Positions 19,896 to 28,811 of a DNA stretch of 64,000 nucleotides are shown one piece after another. A program made the translations under genes and the position numbers. The DNA is taken from contig JBDHHQ010000005.1 in NCBI GenBank assembly GCA_039589315.1, positions 32,001 through 96,000 on the forward strand. The letters run 5' to 3'. The stretch's first letter is position 1. Each line of letters starts with the position of its first letter. This DNA is from Gemmatimonadota bacterium (lineage in GTDB: Bacteria; Gemmatimonadota; Gemmatimonadetes; Longimicrobiales; Gaopeijiaceae). The notes beneath the pieces were generated by a model. That model was given only the letters and a program-made list of their open reading frames with translations. It did no database searches and was not told where the DNA came from.

Positions 19896-21032
19896 ATGAG
19901 CCCCCCTGCTCGTGGTCTCCGAACCAGGCTGCTCGCCCATTACGGGCGCACCCGCCGCGACCTCCCGTGGCGCCGGACCCGAGATCCCTACGCCATCTGG
20001 ATCTCGGAGATCATGCTGCAGCAGACCAGGGTCGAGTCCGTCATTCCCTACTACAGGCGCTGGATGGAGCGGTTCCCGGACGTGGCCGCGCTGGCGCGGG
20101 CGGATATGGACGATGTGCTCCACGCCTGGGTGGGGCTTGGGTACTACTCGCGCGCCCGGAACCTGCACCGCGCCGCGCGGGAGGTGCGGGACCGCTTCGG
20201 AGGTGATCTGCCGTCGGATCCCGCGGTGCTGCGGTCCCTCCCCGGCATCGGACCCTACAGCGCCGGAGCCATCGCCAGCATCGCCTTCGGTGTCGTGACG
20301 CCCGCTGTCGACGGCAACGTGAAGCGCGTCCTGGCCAGGCTCCTGGACTTGCCGGCGCCCACCGCCACCGAGCTGCGCCGCCACGCCGCGGCCCTGGTCG
20401 ATCCCCACCGGCCCGGCGACTTCAACCAGGCGTTGATGGAGCTGGGAGCTACGATCTGCACACCGCGGTCGCCCGACTGCCCCGCGTGTCCGTTGCTGTC
20501 GGCTTGTGTCGCCCTGGCCCGTGGCACCGTTCTCCAGCGCCCCGAGCGAATGGTGCGACCGGCGGTCCCTCGCCGGGTTTTCGCGGTGGGTGTCGTCGTT
20601 GACGCGCATGGTCGTGTCCTGGTCCGGCGGCGCCCGGAGGAGGGGCTGTTGGGGGGACTGTGGGAGTTTCCCGCCATGGAGGTCGGCGGTGCCGATGGGG
20701 TCGAGGAAGGGAGTCGCCTCGCGGTGCGCAGTGCGACCGAGCCCTGGAGCAGTCACCTGGCCGGGAAGGCGCTCGATGCCGTCCACCATGCATTCACCCA
20801 CTTCCGGGCCAGCTATCACGCCTACCTCTTCGTCGCCGATGGGTCGATGCTCGAGACCGGGGAGGGGGTGGGTCGGTGGTTCTCACCGGAAGGGTTGGAC
20901 GGCCTCGCGCTGCCCGTAGCGCAGCGGAGGATCTGGGTCCGGGCCAGGCGGGCGCTCTCCGACGCACGCGTACAGGCGGCCTTCGCGCACTCCCTGCGAG
21001 GGCCTCTCGTCAACGGGAGCGTCCAGGGATGA
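19896..21032 (+). CDS. mutY: A/G-specific adenine glycosylase
   Basis: RDLPWR, WISEIMLQQT, GLGYYSRARNL, HhH LPGIGPY, VDGNV, Fe-S motif CTPRSPDCPACPLLSAC, C-terminal GLWEFP domain. Confidence 0.95.
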   Translation: MSPPARGLRTRLLAHYGRTRRDLPWRRTRDPYAIWISEIMLQQTRVESVIPYYRRWMERFPDVAALARADMDDVLHAWVGLGYYSRARNLHRAAREVRDRFGGDLPSDPAVLRSLPGIGPYSAGAIASIAFGVVTPAVDGNVKRVLARLLDLPAPTATELRRHAAALVDPHRPGDFNQALMELGATICTPRSPDCPACPLLSACVALARGTVLQRPERMVRPAVPRRVFAVGVVVDAHGRVLVRRRPEEGLLGGLWEFPAMEVGGADGVEEGSRLAVRSATEPWSSHLAGKALDAVHHAFTHFRASYHAYLFVADGSMLETGEGVGRWFSPEGLDGLALPVAQRRIWVRARRALSDARVQAAFAHSLRGPLVNGSVQG

Positions 21033-22840
21033 AGCACGTCATCCGAGGGCGCCACGGCACAGTGACCAGGGCCGGTCTCTACCTCGTCGTGGCCGCTGTC
21101 GCCGTGACTGTCGTCCTCCTGCAGGGGGTTCGATTGGGACTGCCCGCATACAGCTGGATGTTCGTGGGGGGAGTCGCGCTGCTCGGGCTTCCGCTGGTGT
21201 TGAGGCGGGCAAGGCCGAAGGCGAAGGCGAAACCACTGCCGTCCGCACCGCGGCAGAGGGCACCTCGTCCGAAGGGTGCGGACACTGGGGCCGGGGGCAG
21301 CGCGACGGCCGGTCCCCGCCCCCAGGGAACCGCGGGAGCGGGAGGGGCGGCGGCGGCCGCCACGCTCGCCTCCCAGCCCGAGCGGCCCCCGGCCCGGTCT
21401 CGCGCCGTCCTGGTCCTTCCCATGACCATCGGGGGCACGGACCCGTTTATCGATTACCTGGCGGAAGGCGTCGCCGAGGCGGTGCTCCTGGGGTTGGCCG
21501 GCCTCGAGGGCGCCCGTGTCCTCGCGAGGGACTCGGCGTTCTCGTTCAAGTTCAAGGACGTCCCGGCGGCCGAGGCGGGCGGCGAGATCGGCGCCGGATT
21601 CGTACTGGAAGGTCGCATCGGTAAAGATGGTGAGAGGCTGACCGTCACAGCCCGTCTGGTTCGCGCCTCCAACGGCCAACCAGCGTGGTCCGGCAAGCTG
21701 GAGGGCAAGCTGGAGACGGTATCGGAGATGGAAGTCGCGCTGATCCGGGCGGTGGCCGAGGCGGTCGGGCTCCCCATCCCCCCGAACGGCTCGCCGCTGT
21801 CCCCGGGACGACGGAGTCGGTCGGGGGAAGCACACCGAGCCTATCTGCAGGGCCGCTACGACTGGCACCGTGGCGGCGAGGGATACCAGCGGGCGGCCCC
21901 TTCCTTCGAGCAGGCGGTGCGAGCGGACGAGCGCTTCGCCCTGGCCCTCGCCGGTCGTGCCGAGAACCAGGTGCTGCAGGCCTTCTACGGCTACGTCGAA
22001 CCGCGGTCGGCCTTCAAGCGCGCCCGCGAGTCGGCCGAGGCCGCCCTGGGGTTGGACGATGCCCTCCCCGAGGCCTGGAGCGCGCTCGGGTGTGCCCGGA
22101 TGTTCCGCGACTGGGACTGGCGCGGCGCGGAAGACGCGTTTCGGCGTGCCATCGGGATCAACCCCGCCGTCGTGACGGCCAGATTCTGGGCGGGCATGAA
22201 CCGGGGGCTGTCGGGACACCCCGTGGACTGGATCCGGCACTGCGTCACCGGATTCCGCCTGGATCCCCGCTCCGTCCTCGCCCATTGCCATGTGGGCTGG
22301 GCGCTTCTGGGTGCCCGGATCTACGGGAAGGCGCGAGAGGTTCTCGACCAGGCCGTCGAGCTCGATCCGGACTTCGGCTTCGCCTACTGGCTGAGAGGAC
22401 GTGCCCGGGCGTACGCGGGCGACATCGATGGCGGCCTGGTCGACCTGATCGAGAGCGCCAAGCGCACCAAGGTCAATCCGATCGCAGTGGCCAGCCTGGG
22501 CTACGTGGTCGGAAGGAGCGGCAACGCCAACCGGGCCGAGCGCCACCTCCAGGACCTGGCTTCGGGCCCGGCAGGGTGGCGGTGGATCCTGCCCACCCAG
22601 CTGGCCACGATCGAGCTGGGACTGGGCCGGCAGGCGGAGGCCCTGAAGGGCTTGCAGAGCGCTCTGGAGGTCCAGGACATCTGGCTGCCGCAGACGCTTC
22701 GACGGCCGGAGTGGGACCCCCTGCGTCGGGAGCCTGCCTTCCAGGCGGTGCTGAAGGGGGCCGGCCTGGAGGAGATCCCACGCTCTCGGTACGAGCAGGC
22801 TCGCGCGATGATGGGGGTGGCACGTCCACAAGGCAGGTGA
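21029..22840 (+). CDS. Membrane-anchored TolB-like/TPR repeat protein
   Basis: Two N-terminal TM helices, Pro/Ala linker, AVLVLP..YLAEGVAE..SAFSFK..VLEGRI module, TPRs (AYLQGRY, DWDWRGAE), WDPLRREPAFQ tail. ATGA overlap with mutY. Confidence 0.75.
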   Translation: MKHVIRGRHGTVTRAGLYLVVAAVAVTVVLLQGVRLGLPAYSWMFVGGVALLGLPLVLRRARPKAKAKPLPSAPRQRAPRPKGADTGAGGSATAGPRPQGTAGAGGAAAAATLASQPERPPARSRAVLVLPMTIGGTDPFIDYLAEGVAEAVLLGLAGLEGARVLARDSAFSFKFKDVPAAEAGGEIGAGFVLEGRIGKDGERLTVTARLVRASNGQPAWSGKLEGKLETVSEMEVALIRAVAEAVGLPIPPNGSPLSPGRRSRSGEAHRAYLQGRYDWHRGGEGYQRAAPSFEQAVRADERFALALAGRAENQVLQAFYGYVEPRSAFKRARESAEAALGLDDALPEAWSALGCARMFRDWDWRGAEDAFRRAIGINPAVVTARFWAGMNRGLSGHPVDWIRHCVTGFRLDPRSVLAHCHVGWALLGARIYGKAREVLDQAVELDPDFGFAYWLRGRARAYAGDIDGGLVDLIESAKRTKVNPIAVASLGYVVGRSGNANRAERHLQDLASGPAGWRWILPTQLATIELGLGRQAEALKGLQSALEVQDIWLPQTLRRPEWDPLRREPAFQAVLKGAGLEEIPRSRYEQARAMMGVARPQGR

Positions 22841-22886
22841 ACAGGCGCCTCTGACGCATGCCGGCGGGCCGGGCCCTACGGGTGCG

Positions 22887-24266
22887 TCAGAACTGCGAGG
22901 GCATCTGGAACGGCAGTAGGGTGGATTCCGCCGTGCTGTCAACGTAGACGACGGCGTCGAACATGTCCGGCAGCGGGTCGGTCCTCAGGAAGTAAAGCCC
23001 CGGGTCCTCGGGCTCGTACACGGATCCCACGCTCCGGAACCAGAGCGGCACGGCCAGCCAGTCTCCCTGGCCCGGTGAAAGATCCAACGCTCTCAGGTCC
23101 AGGGCGAAGAAGGGTATCTCGGCCGCCGTGAAGCGATACTCGTAGCTGCCGGACGGCGGTGAGCCGACTTGCTGCTTCTCGATGCCGCGGAATTCTCCGT
23201 TCAACAACCGGGTGATGGCGTTGAAGGAACCCTGTCCGAAGGACAGGCCGATGGACAAGTAGTCGTCTCCCAGAGCGTCCTGCAGCAGATCTCCCTGCCA
23301 GTTCTCGAGGTAGCTCACGTGGAGGTTGTGGGCCCACATCACGACCTTCGCGTCCGGGCCCGCCTGGTCGAGGAGCCAGAGCAGGTTCTCTGCCATCAGT
23401 TGGTCTCGGTCGCCCCCGAAGCGGAGGCTCTCCTTGGCTTCCCACTGCAGAACGAGCCGGACGTCTTGCTCAGCCTTGGCGAATCCGTCGACGGACGCGC
23501 TTTCTTCCAGCTGCGCCCGGTTCCGCTCGAGGAAGGCCTCGACCTCTTCGACGCCGGCCCGACAGTCGTTTCGCTCCGGGGTCGGCTCGACGAGCCACCG
23601 GTCGCGGCTGGCCTGGCCGTCGGGCCCGTTGAGGTACTCGCGCATGCAATCGAAGCGGCTGGCCGCCCAAGCTGCGCTGTCCGCTGCGTGGTCCTGGAAG
23701 AAGGCCTCCGTGTTGGCCACGGCCATCCCGGGGAACTGCATGTCGAATCCCGTGAAGGAAACGGTCGGGGCACCACCAGGGGCCGCGTTGTGCTGCCTCA
23801 TCCACCCGATCATGTCCAGCACTTCCTGCGTGTTCCAGGTCCAGAAGTACAGGCCCGAAAGGAGCTCGACCGGATTCCCGAGTCCCCCCTTGACATACCG
23901 GTCGATGCGCACCGACTCGGGCATGCTGGCTTCGATGGCGAAGACGTTGAAGCCCATCTCCTGGACGAGGAACCGGAGCAGCCGGTGCTTCATCTGGAAG
24001 AACTCCCGCGAGCCGTGAGTGGCCTCGCCTAGCGCCACGACCCGGGCGTCGCCGATGAGCTCCTTGAGCGGCTCCAGATCGGTGAAGGACCTCGTGGGCG
24101 TGGCCGTGGAGATGGCAATGGCGTTGCCCTGGAGCCAGGAGACCACGGTCTCGGGAACCGGTGGCGGGTTGATCTCGTCGATGGGTATCGGTCCGACGAA
24201 TCCATCGTCGCACCCGAAGAGCAGACCCGCGTACAACAGGACCACGGACAGAGCAGCGACCTTCAT
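22887..24266 (-). CDS. Erythromycin esterase family lipoprotein
   Basis: VVALGEATHGSREF, FAIEA, GFDMQ, RDQLMAEN, VVMWAHNLH; lipobox LFG-C. Confidence 0.88.
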   Translation of the reverse strand: MKVAALSVVLLYAGLLFGCDDGFVGPIPIDEINPPPVPETVVSWLQGNAIAISTATPTRSFTDLEPLKELIGDARVVALGEATHGSREFFQMKHRLLRFLVQEMGFNVFAIEASMPESVRIDRYVKGGLGNPVELLSGLYFWTWNTQEVLDMIGWMRQHNAAPGGAPTVSFTGFDMQFPGMAVANTEAFFQDHAADSAAWAASRFDCMREYLNGPDGQASRDRWLVEPTPERNDCRAGVEEVEAFLERNRAQLEESASVDGFAKAEQDVRLVLQWEAKESLRFGGDRDQLMAENLLWLLDQAGPDAKVVMWAHNLHVSYLENWQGDLLQDALGDDYLSIGLSFGQGSFNAITRLLNGEFRGIEKQQVGSPPSGSYEYRFTAAEIPFFALDLRALDLSPGQGDWLAVPLWFRSVGSVYEPEDPGLYFLRTDPLPDMFDAVVYVDSTAESTLLPFQMPSQF

Positions 24267-24306
24267 CGTGCGATCTCTCTCGGGGCCGGTCCCACGACCA
24301 CCCGGT

Positions 24307-25773
24307 TCAGGCATTGAAGGGGTCGAATCCCTGCAGCCCCTGCTTGCCGGGACTCTCGTGCCTGGATCTCTGGTAGCCGCCGGCGTCGGAGCGGCTGATC
24401 CGCCGCTCGGCCACCAGGGCCTCCAGCACGAGCTCGCAGGCCGCGGCACGGACCCCCGGCGCCGCGGCAGCCGAGGCCAGGCCCACCTGCTCCACCACGT
24501 CGAGCAGCCCGGGCACGGTCTGGAACCCCTGGACGCACGCCTCGGCCGACGCATCCGGCGAGACCTGAAGGGCCCCGCCCGTCTCGAAGTACTCGACCAC
24601 GTCTTCGACGTCGGCTCCACCGGCACGGTTGTTGAACGTCATCCCCGCGGCTTTGGCGATGAGCTCCGAGGCGATGCGCTCGCTACCGTGCAGCTCCCCC
24701 TCGTACTCCAGCTCCATCTTGCCGGTGATGGCCGGAAGCGCGGCGTATATGTCGCCGATCCTGGGAACCACGGGAGCCTCGTCGAGGAGGAGGGCACGCC
24801 GCTCCGCGTTGGACACCATGCTCTCCGTGACCGAGATCGGCATGCGCTGACTCACCCCGGAGCGCTGATCCACGCGGCTGTCGGCGCGCGCGAGGAACGC
24901 TACCTGCTCCACGAGCTCGGCCACGAAGTCGGGCACCTCCACGTCCAATCCGGTGCCGTCGCGCTGCACCCACGCCTCCTGCGACGTGATGGAGACGCCG
25001 GTTCCCACGTCCTGAGGGTAGTGGGTCTGGATCTCGGCGCCGATGCGGTCCTTGAGGGGGGTGATGATCTTGCCTCGGGCCGTGTAATCCTCGGGGTTCG
25101 CGGTGAACACCATCATGACGTTGAGGGGCAGCCGGATGGGGTATCCTTTGACCTGCACGTCCCCTTCCTGGAGGATGTTGAAGAGCCCCACCTGGATCTT
25201 GCCGGCCAGATCGGGTAGCTCGTTGATCGCGAAGACGCCACGGTTGGCTCTGGGCAGAAGGCCGTAGTGGATGGTGAGCTCGTCGGCCAGGATATGGCCG
25301 CCGCGGGCTGCCTTGATGGGGTCGACGTCACCGATGATGTCGGCGATGGTCACGTCCGGAGTGGCGAGCTTCTCGACGTAGCGGTGATCCCGGGGCACCC
25401 ACTCCACCGGCGCATCGTCGCCGTGCTCCTCGAGCAGGAGCCTGCCGTACTTGGAGATGGGGTGGAAGGGATCGTCGTTGATCTCGGAGCCCTGGAGAAT
25501 CGGTATCTCCGGGTCCAGCAGATCGACGAGTTGCCGGAGGATTCGGCTCTTGGCCTGGCCCCGGAGCCCCAACAGGATGAAGTCGTGACGCGCCAGGACA
25601 GCGTTCACGATCTGGGGGATCACCGAGTCCTCGTAGCCCACGATCCCGGGAAACAGGGATTCCTGCCCACGCAACTTCCCCACCAAGTTCGCCCGCATCT
25701 CGTCCTTGACGGGGCGGCTCACGTATCCTGCGGCCCGAAGGTCGCCGACGGTCGCGGGCATCGATCCAGCCAT
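24307..25773 (-). CDS. Mg-chelatase ChlI-like AAA+ ATPase
   Basis: Variant Walker A GLRGQAKS, YVEKLATPD, FAINELPDL, TANPEDYTARGKIITPLKDRIG. Confidence 0.85.
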   Translation of the reverse strand: MAGSMPATVGDLRAAGYVSRPVKDEMRANLVGKLRGQESLFPGIVGYEDSVIPQIVNAVLARHDFILLGLRGQAKSRILRQLVDLLDPEIPILQGSEINDDPFHPISKYGRLLLEEHGDDAPVEWVPRDHRYVEKLATPDVTIADIIGDVDPIKAARGGHILADELTIHYGLLPRANRGVFAINELPDLAGKIQVGLFNILQEGDVQVKGYPIRLPLNVMMVFTANPEDYTARGKIITPLKDRIGAEIQTHYPQDVGTGVSITSQEAWVQRDGTGLDVEVPDFVAELVEQVAFLARADSRVDQRSGVSQRMPISVTESMVSNAERRALLLDEAPVVPRIGDIYAALPAITGKMELEYEGELHGSERIASELIAKAAGMTFNNRAGGADVEDVVEYFETGGALQVSPDASAEACVQGFQTVPGLLDVVEQVGLASAAAAPGVRAAACELVLEALVAERRISRSDAGGYQRSRHESPGKQGLQGFDPFNA

Positions 25774-26029
25774 GATATTCCCAATCCCGGCCGTTACGGC
25801 CGGTTCGTGTCCGAGTAGTGGCCGTCCGATCACGGGTAGGCTCGGCGGTCTTTCTCGCCGTTGCCTGGTCCCGGATGCGGCGAGGTTGGGACGCTTGCTT
25901 CCACGGGCTGTTCGAACCGGAGGCCTGGATCCCCCGTCAGGGATCCGGAGGCAAAGCAATGGGTACCCCGTGCCCGGAGTCCTGATCCACGAAGCCGACC
26001 CCACGCACCAGCGATCCTCGAGGAGCAGC

Positions 26030-27712
26030 ATGTCCGAACTCCCGGCACTATCCGGCACGGTCCGCCCCGGCGCATATCAGCCCGATCTGCCCGAGAGCCG
26101 GCTCATTCTGGAGGAGACTCCCGATGGGGAAGCGGTTCCCATGGACGTGCTGTTCGTGGGTGCCGGACCCGCCGGTCTCGCGGGGGCCGTCGAGCTGGCT
26201 CGTCTCGTGCAAAGAGACAACGAGGATGGCGGAGAGCTGGGTGAGATCGAGATCGGGGTGCTCGAGAAGGCCGGACAGCTCGGTGAGCACAGCCTTTCGG
26301 GTGCAGTGGTGAACCCGAGGGCCTTCATCGAGCTGTTCCCCGAGATGGACCCGGCAGAGTTCCCCCTGCGCGGCCCCGTCACGGACGAAGCCGTGTATCT
26401 GTTGACCGAGGGAGGGTCCCACAGGCTGCCGACCCCGCCCACCATGAAGAACCACGGCAACAGGGTGGCGTCCATCTGCGAGATCGTCAGATGGCTGGGT
26501 GAGCGCGCGGAGGGGCTGGGGGTCAACATCTTCCCGGGCTTCCCGGCCGACTCCCTGCTCGTCAGTGGCAGCGGAGTCATCGGCGTGCGGACGACTCCTT
26601 CGGGTCTCGACCGCGACGGAGAGCCCGGCGGCAGCGACTTCATGCCCCCCATGGACCTCACGGGGCGGGTCACGGTGCTGGCGGAAGGCACCCGGGGCAC
26701 GCTCTCCCAGGCCTGGCTCAGGTGGCAGAACGTGGGCTCCGAGAATCCCCAGATCTTCGCCCTGGGGGTGAAGGAGCTGTGGGAGACGGCGCAGCCGCTG
26801 GACCGGGTCATCCATACCCTGGGCTGGCCGCTGCCCAAGGACGCCTTCGGTGGGAGCTGGATGTATCCGATGGAGGACAACCTCGTTTCCCTGGGCCTCG
26901 TCGTGGGACTGGACTACCGGGACGCTCGCCTCGACGTGCACGAGCTGCTCCAACGTATGAAGCTCCACCCGCTGTTCAAGCCCTACCTCGAGGGCGGTGA
27001 GCTGGTGGAGTGGGGCGCGAAGACCATTCCGGAGGGGGGCTTCTACTCGGTTCCCGTGCGCCGTCACGGCGACGGCCTGGTCATGGTCGGCGACTCCGCG
27101 GGCTATGTGGATGTCCCCTCCCTCAAGGGGATCCACTACGCCATGCATTCGGGCATTCTGGCCGCTCGGACCATCTTTCGAGCCCTCAAGAAGGATGACA
27201 CCTCGGAGGCGGGCCTACGCTCCTACACCGACGCGGTGGACACCAGCTACATCATGGCGGACCTGAAGAAGACCCGGAACATGCGACTCGCCTTCAAGAG
27301 CGGCTTCTACCGGGGAGGGCTGAAGGCCGGGCTGATGACGCTGACCGGCGGGAGCTTTCCCGGTGGACGAATCTCGGTTCCCGAGGACGTGGACGAGACA
27401 CGCACGGTCGGGAGCGGGGGGCCCCGGGTGTCGCCGGACGGCAAGCTCACGTTCTCGAAGGTCGATGCGGTCTTCAAGTCGGGGAACCAGACCCGAGATG
27501 ACATCCCGCCGCACTTGCTGGTCGGCCAGGACGTCTCGGCCGAGGCCGCCGAGCTGTATGTCCACATGTGTCCGGCGGGGGTCTACGAGCGCAACGGGGA
27601 CGAGCTGGTTGTGAACGCTCCCAACTGCGTGGACTGCAAGGCCACGGACGTCCTCGGGCCGCGGTGGATGCCCCGCGAGGGCGGCAGCGGGCCCGCCTAC
27701 AGACGGATGTAG
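26030..27712 (+). CDS. Electron-transfer flavoprotein:quinone oxidoreductase
   Basis: DVLFVGAGPAGL, HSLSGAV, LGVKELW, HTLGWPL, GAKTIPEGG, KGIHYAMHSG, C-terminal CPAGVY..NCVDCK; GAGGAG RBS. Confidence 0.92.
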   Translation: MSELPALSGTVRPGAYQPDLPESRLILEETPDGEAVPMDVLFVGAGPAGLAGAVELARLVQRDNEDGGELGEIEIGVLEKAGQLGEHSLSGAVVNPRAFIELFPEMDPAEFPLRGPVTDEAVYLLTEGGSHRLPTPPTMKNHGNRVASICEIVRWLGERAEGLGVNIFPGFPADSLLVSGSGVIGVRTTPSGLDRDGEPGGSDFMPPMDLTGRVTVLAEGTRGTLSQAWLRWQNVGSENPQIFALGVKELWETAQPLDRVIHTLGWPLPKDAFGGSWMYPMEDNLVSLGLVVGLDYRDARLDVHELLQRMKLHPLFKPYLEGGELVEWGAKTIPEGGFYSVPVRRHGDGLVMVGDSAGYVDVPSLKGIHYAMHSGILAARTIFRALKKDDTSEAGLRSYTDAVDTSYIMADLKKTRNMRLAFKSGFYRGGLKAGLMTLTGGSFPGGRISVPEDVDETRTVGSGGPRVSPDGKLTFSKVDAVFKSGNQTRDDIPPHLLVGQDVSAEAAELYVHMCPAGVYERNGDELVVNAPNCVDCKATDVLGPRWMPREGGSGPAYRRM

Positions 27713-27857
27713 CCGCCGGGCCCCTGAACCCGGGTCGCCTGCAGCGGTCGAACGAAGAGCGCCCCCGATCGTCGTGATCGGAGGCGCTCTCTTGCCTTCC
27801 GGCGCTTTTGGACTCGGGCGGCTCAATCCACGGAGCGGCGCGGGTCGGAGACGCGGA

Positions 27858-28034
27858 TCATTCGCCGAAAGGGCGCTTGTGCTCCTCCTCGGCGGTCGCC
27901 ACGCCGGTGAGCTCGAGGGGACGGGCGTCTTCCGCCATCTGTCTCAGGGCCTGGGCCACCTTGGGGCGGCCGCCCCGGTCCTCCCGCAGCGCGGCCCTCA
28001 AGAGCCATTCGCTTCTACCGAACGCGTCGTTCAT
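27858..28034 (-). CDS. Small hypothetical protein (58 aa)
   Basis: GGGAGG RBS just before ATG 28034; sigma54-like promoter upstream; helical sequence MNDAFGRSEWLLRAALRE... Confidence 0.5.
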   Translation of the reverse strand: MNDAFGRSEWLLRAALREDRGGRPKVAQALRQMAEDARPLELTGVATAEEEHKRPFGE

Positions 28035-28165
28035 CGTCTTCCTCCCGCGGCACCCACTCTCGTCTCGGAGTCGACCGGCCTGTCTCGGGTCGAGAGAAGC
28101 TCGGAACGCCCTGCTGAGTAGGATCTGGCGGACCTCGTTTGTGGGTTGTTCCCGGTGCGATTCCA

Positions 28166-28181
28166 TGCATCGAGCGTGCCA
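28166..28181 (-). promoter_or_regulatory. Putative sigma54 (-24/-12) promoter
   Basis: Minus strand TGGCACGCTCGATGCA matches TGGCACG-N4-TTGCW with one mismatch and exact GG-N10-GC spacing. Intergenic, pointing at the 58-aa ORF. Confidence 0.55.
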
Positions 28182-28472
28182 CGAGAGGTCGGCGAGGGGA
28201 GAGGACTCCGTAAGTTTCACCTCAACAACGCGTTGGACGTCAGGTGCATGTCGCCGGGTCCAGGCGGGCTGGCCGGCCGATGACCTCGAAACGCGGCAGG
28301 ATCTGTCATCTCGCGGGACTCGTGGTCCCGCCTCCGCCACAGCGTCCCATTCGTGCATTCCCCGGCACACCGATCCAGGGCATCTTCGGCCGTGTCGCCG
28401 AGGCTCCGGAGCAACGCGACGGATGAGACAGAGTGGGCCGGAAGGCCGGCCCGGAAACCTCGGGAGGACATC

Positions 28473-28748
28473 ATGAGAACTCGAACGATCGCCATGGCCC
28501 TCGCTTCAACCCTGGCGGGCGCCGGATGGGTTTGGGCGGACTGCGCCCAGTACATCTCCGGCGGCGCGGACAGCCCCTCGAGCGGCTACCTGCTGGGAGA
28601 GACGCTGGTGACGGAGGAGACGAGCTACGGGGCGGACGCGGGCGTCTACGCCGGGCGCCGGGTGAGCCAGACCTGGTCGGTGGGACACTACCGGATGAGT
28701 GACGGCTCGACCATCGACGTCGACTGCCGGACCTACACGCAGATCTGA
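28473..28748 (+). CDS. Small secreted two-cysteine protein A (91 aa)
   Basis: GGAGG RBS; signal peptide MRTRTIAMALASTLAGAGWVWA; Cys24 and Cys85; GC-biased third codon positions. Confidence 0.75.
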   Translation: MRTRTIAMALASTLAGAGWVWADCAQYISGGADSPSSGYLLGETLVTEETSYGADAGVYAGRRVSQTWSVGHYRMSDGSTIDVDCRTYTQI

Positions 28749-28755
28749 GGGACGC

Positions 28756-28785
28756 GGGGGCGGCCGGCTCGTACCGGTCGCCCCC
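28756..28785 (+). terminator. Stable stem-loop after the small secreted gene (mRNA stabiliser or attenuator, no long U-tract)
   Basis: GGGGGCGGCCGG-CTCGTA-CCGGTCGCCCCC, a 12-bp stem with one G-U pair. Confidence 0.5.
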
Positions 28786-28811
28786 CGTTCGCGCACTCTT
28801 GGACGGAGTCG

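Noticed and set aside
11813..24266. Vgb-like and erythromycin-esterase-like genes as acquired antibiotic resistance
   Set aside because: Both have export signals and host-like codon usage, with no integron or transposase context; family membership alone does not show resistance.
25774..26029. Hairpin-rich intergenic region (e.g. GGATCCC-CCGTCA-GGGATCC) as SRP RNA or a riboswitch
   Set aside because: No match to the SRP helix-8 consensus or any riboswitch core I can recognise; an Infernal/Rfam scan would settle it.
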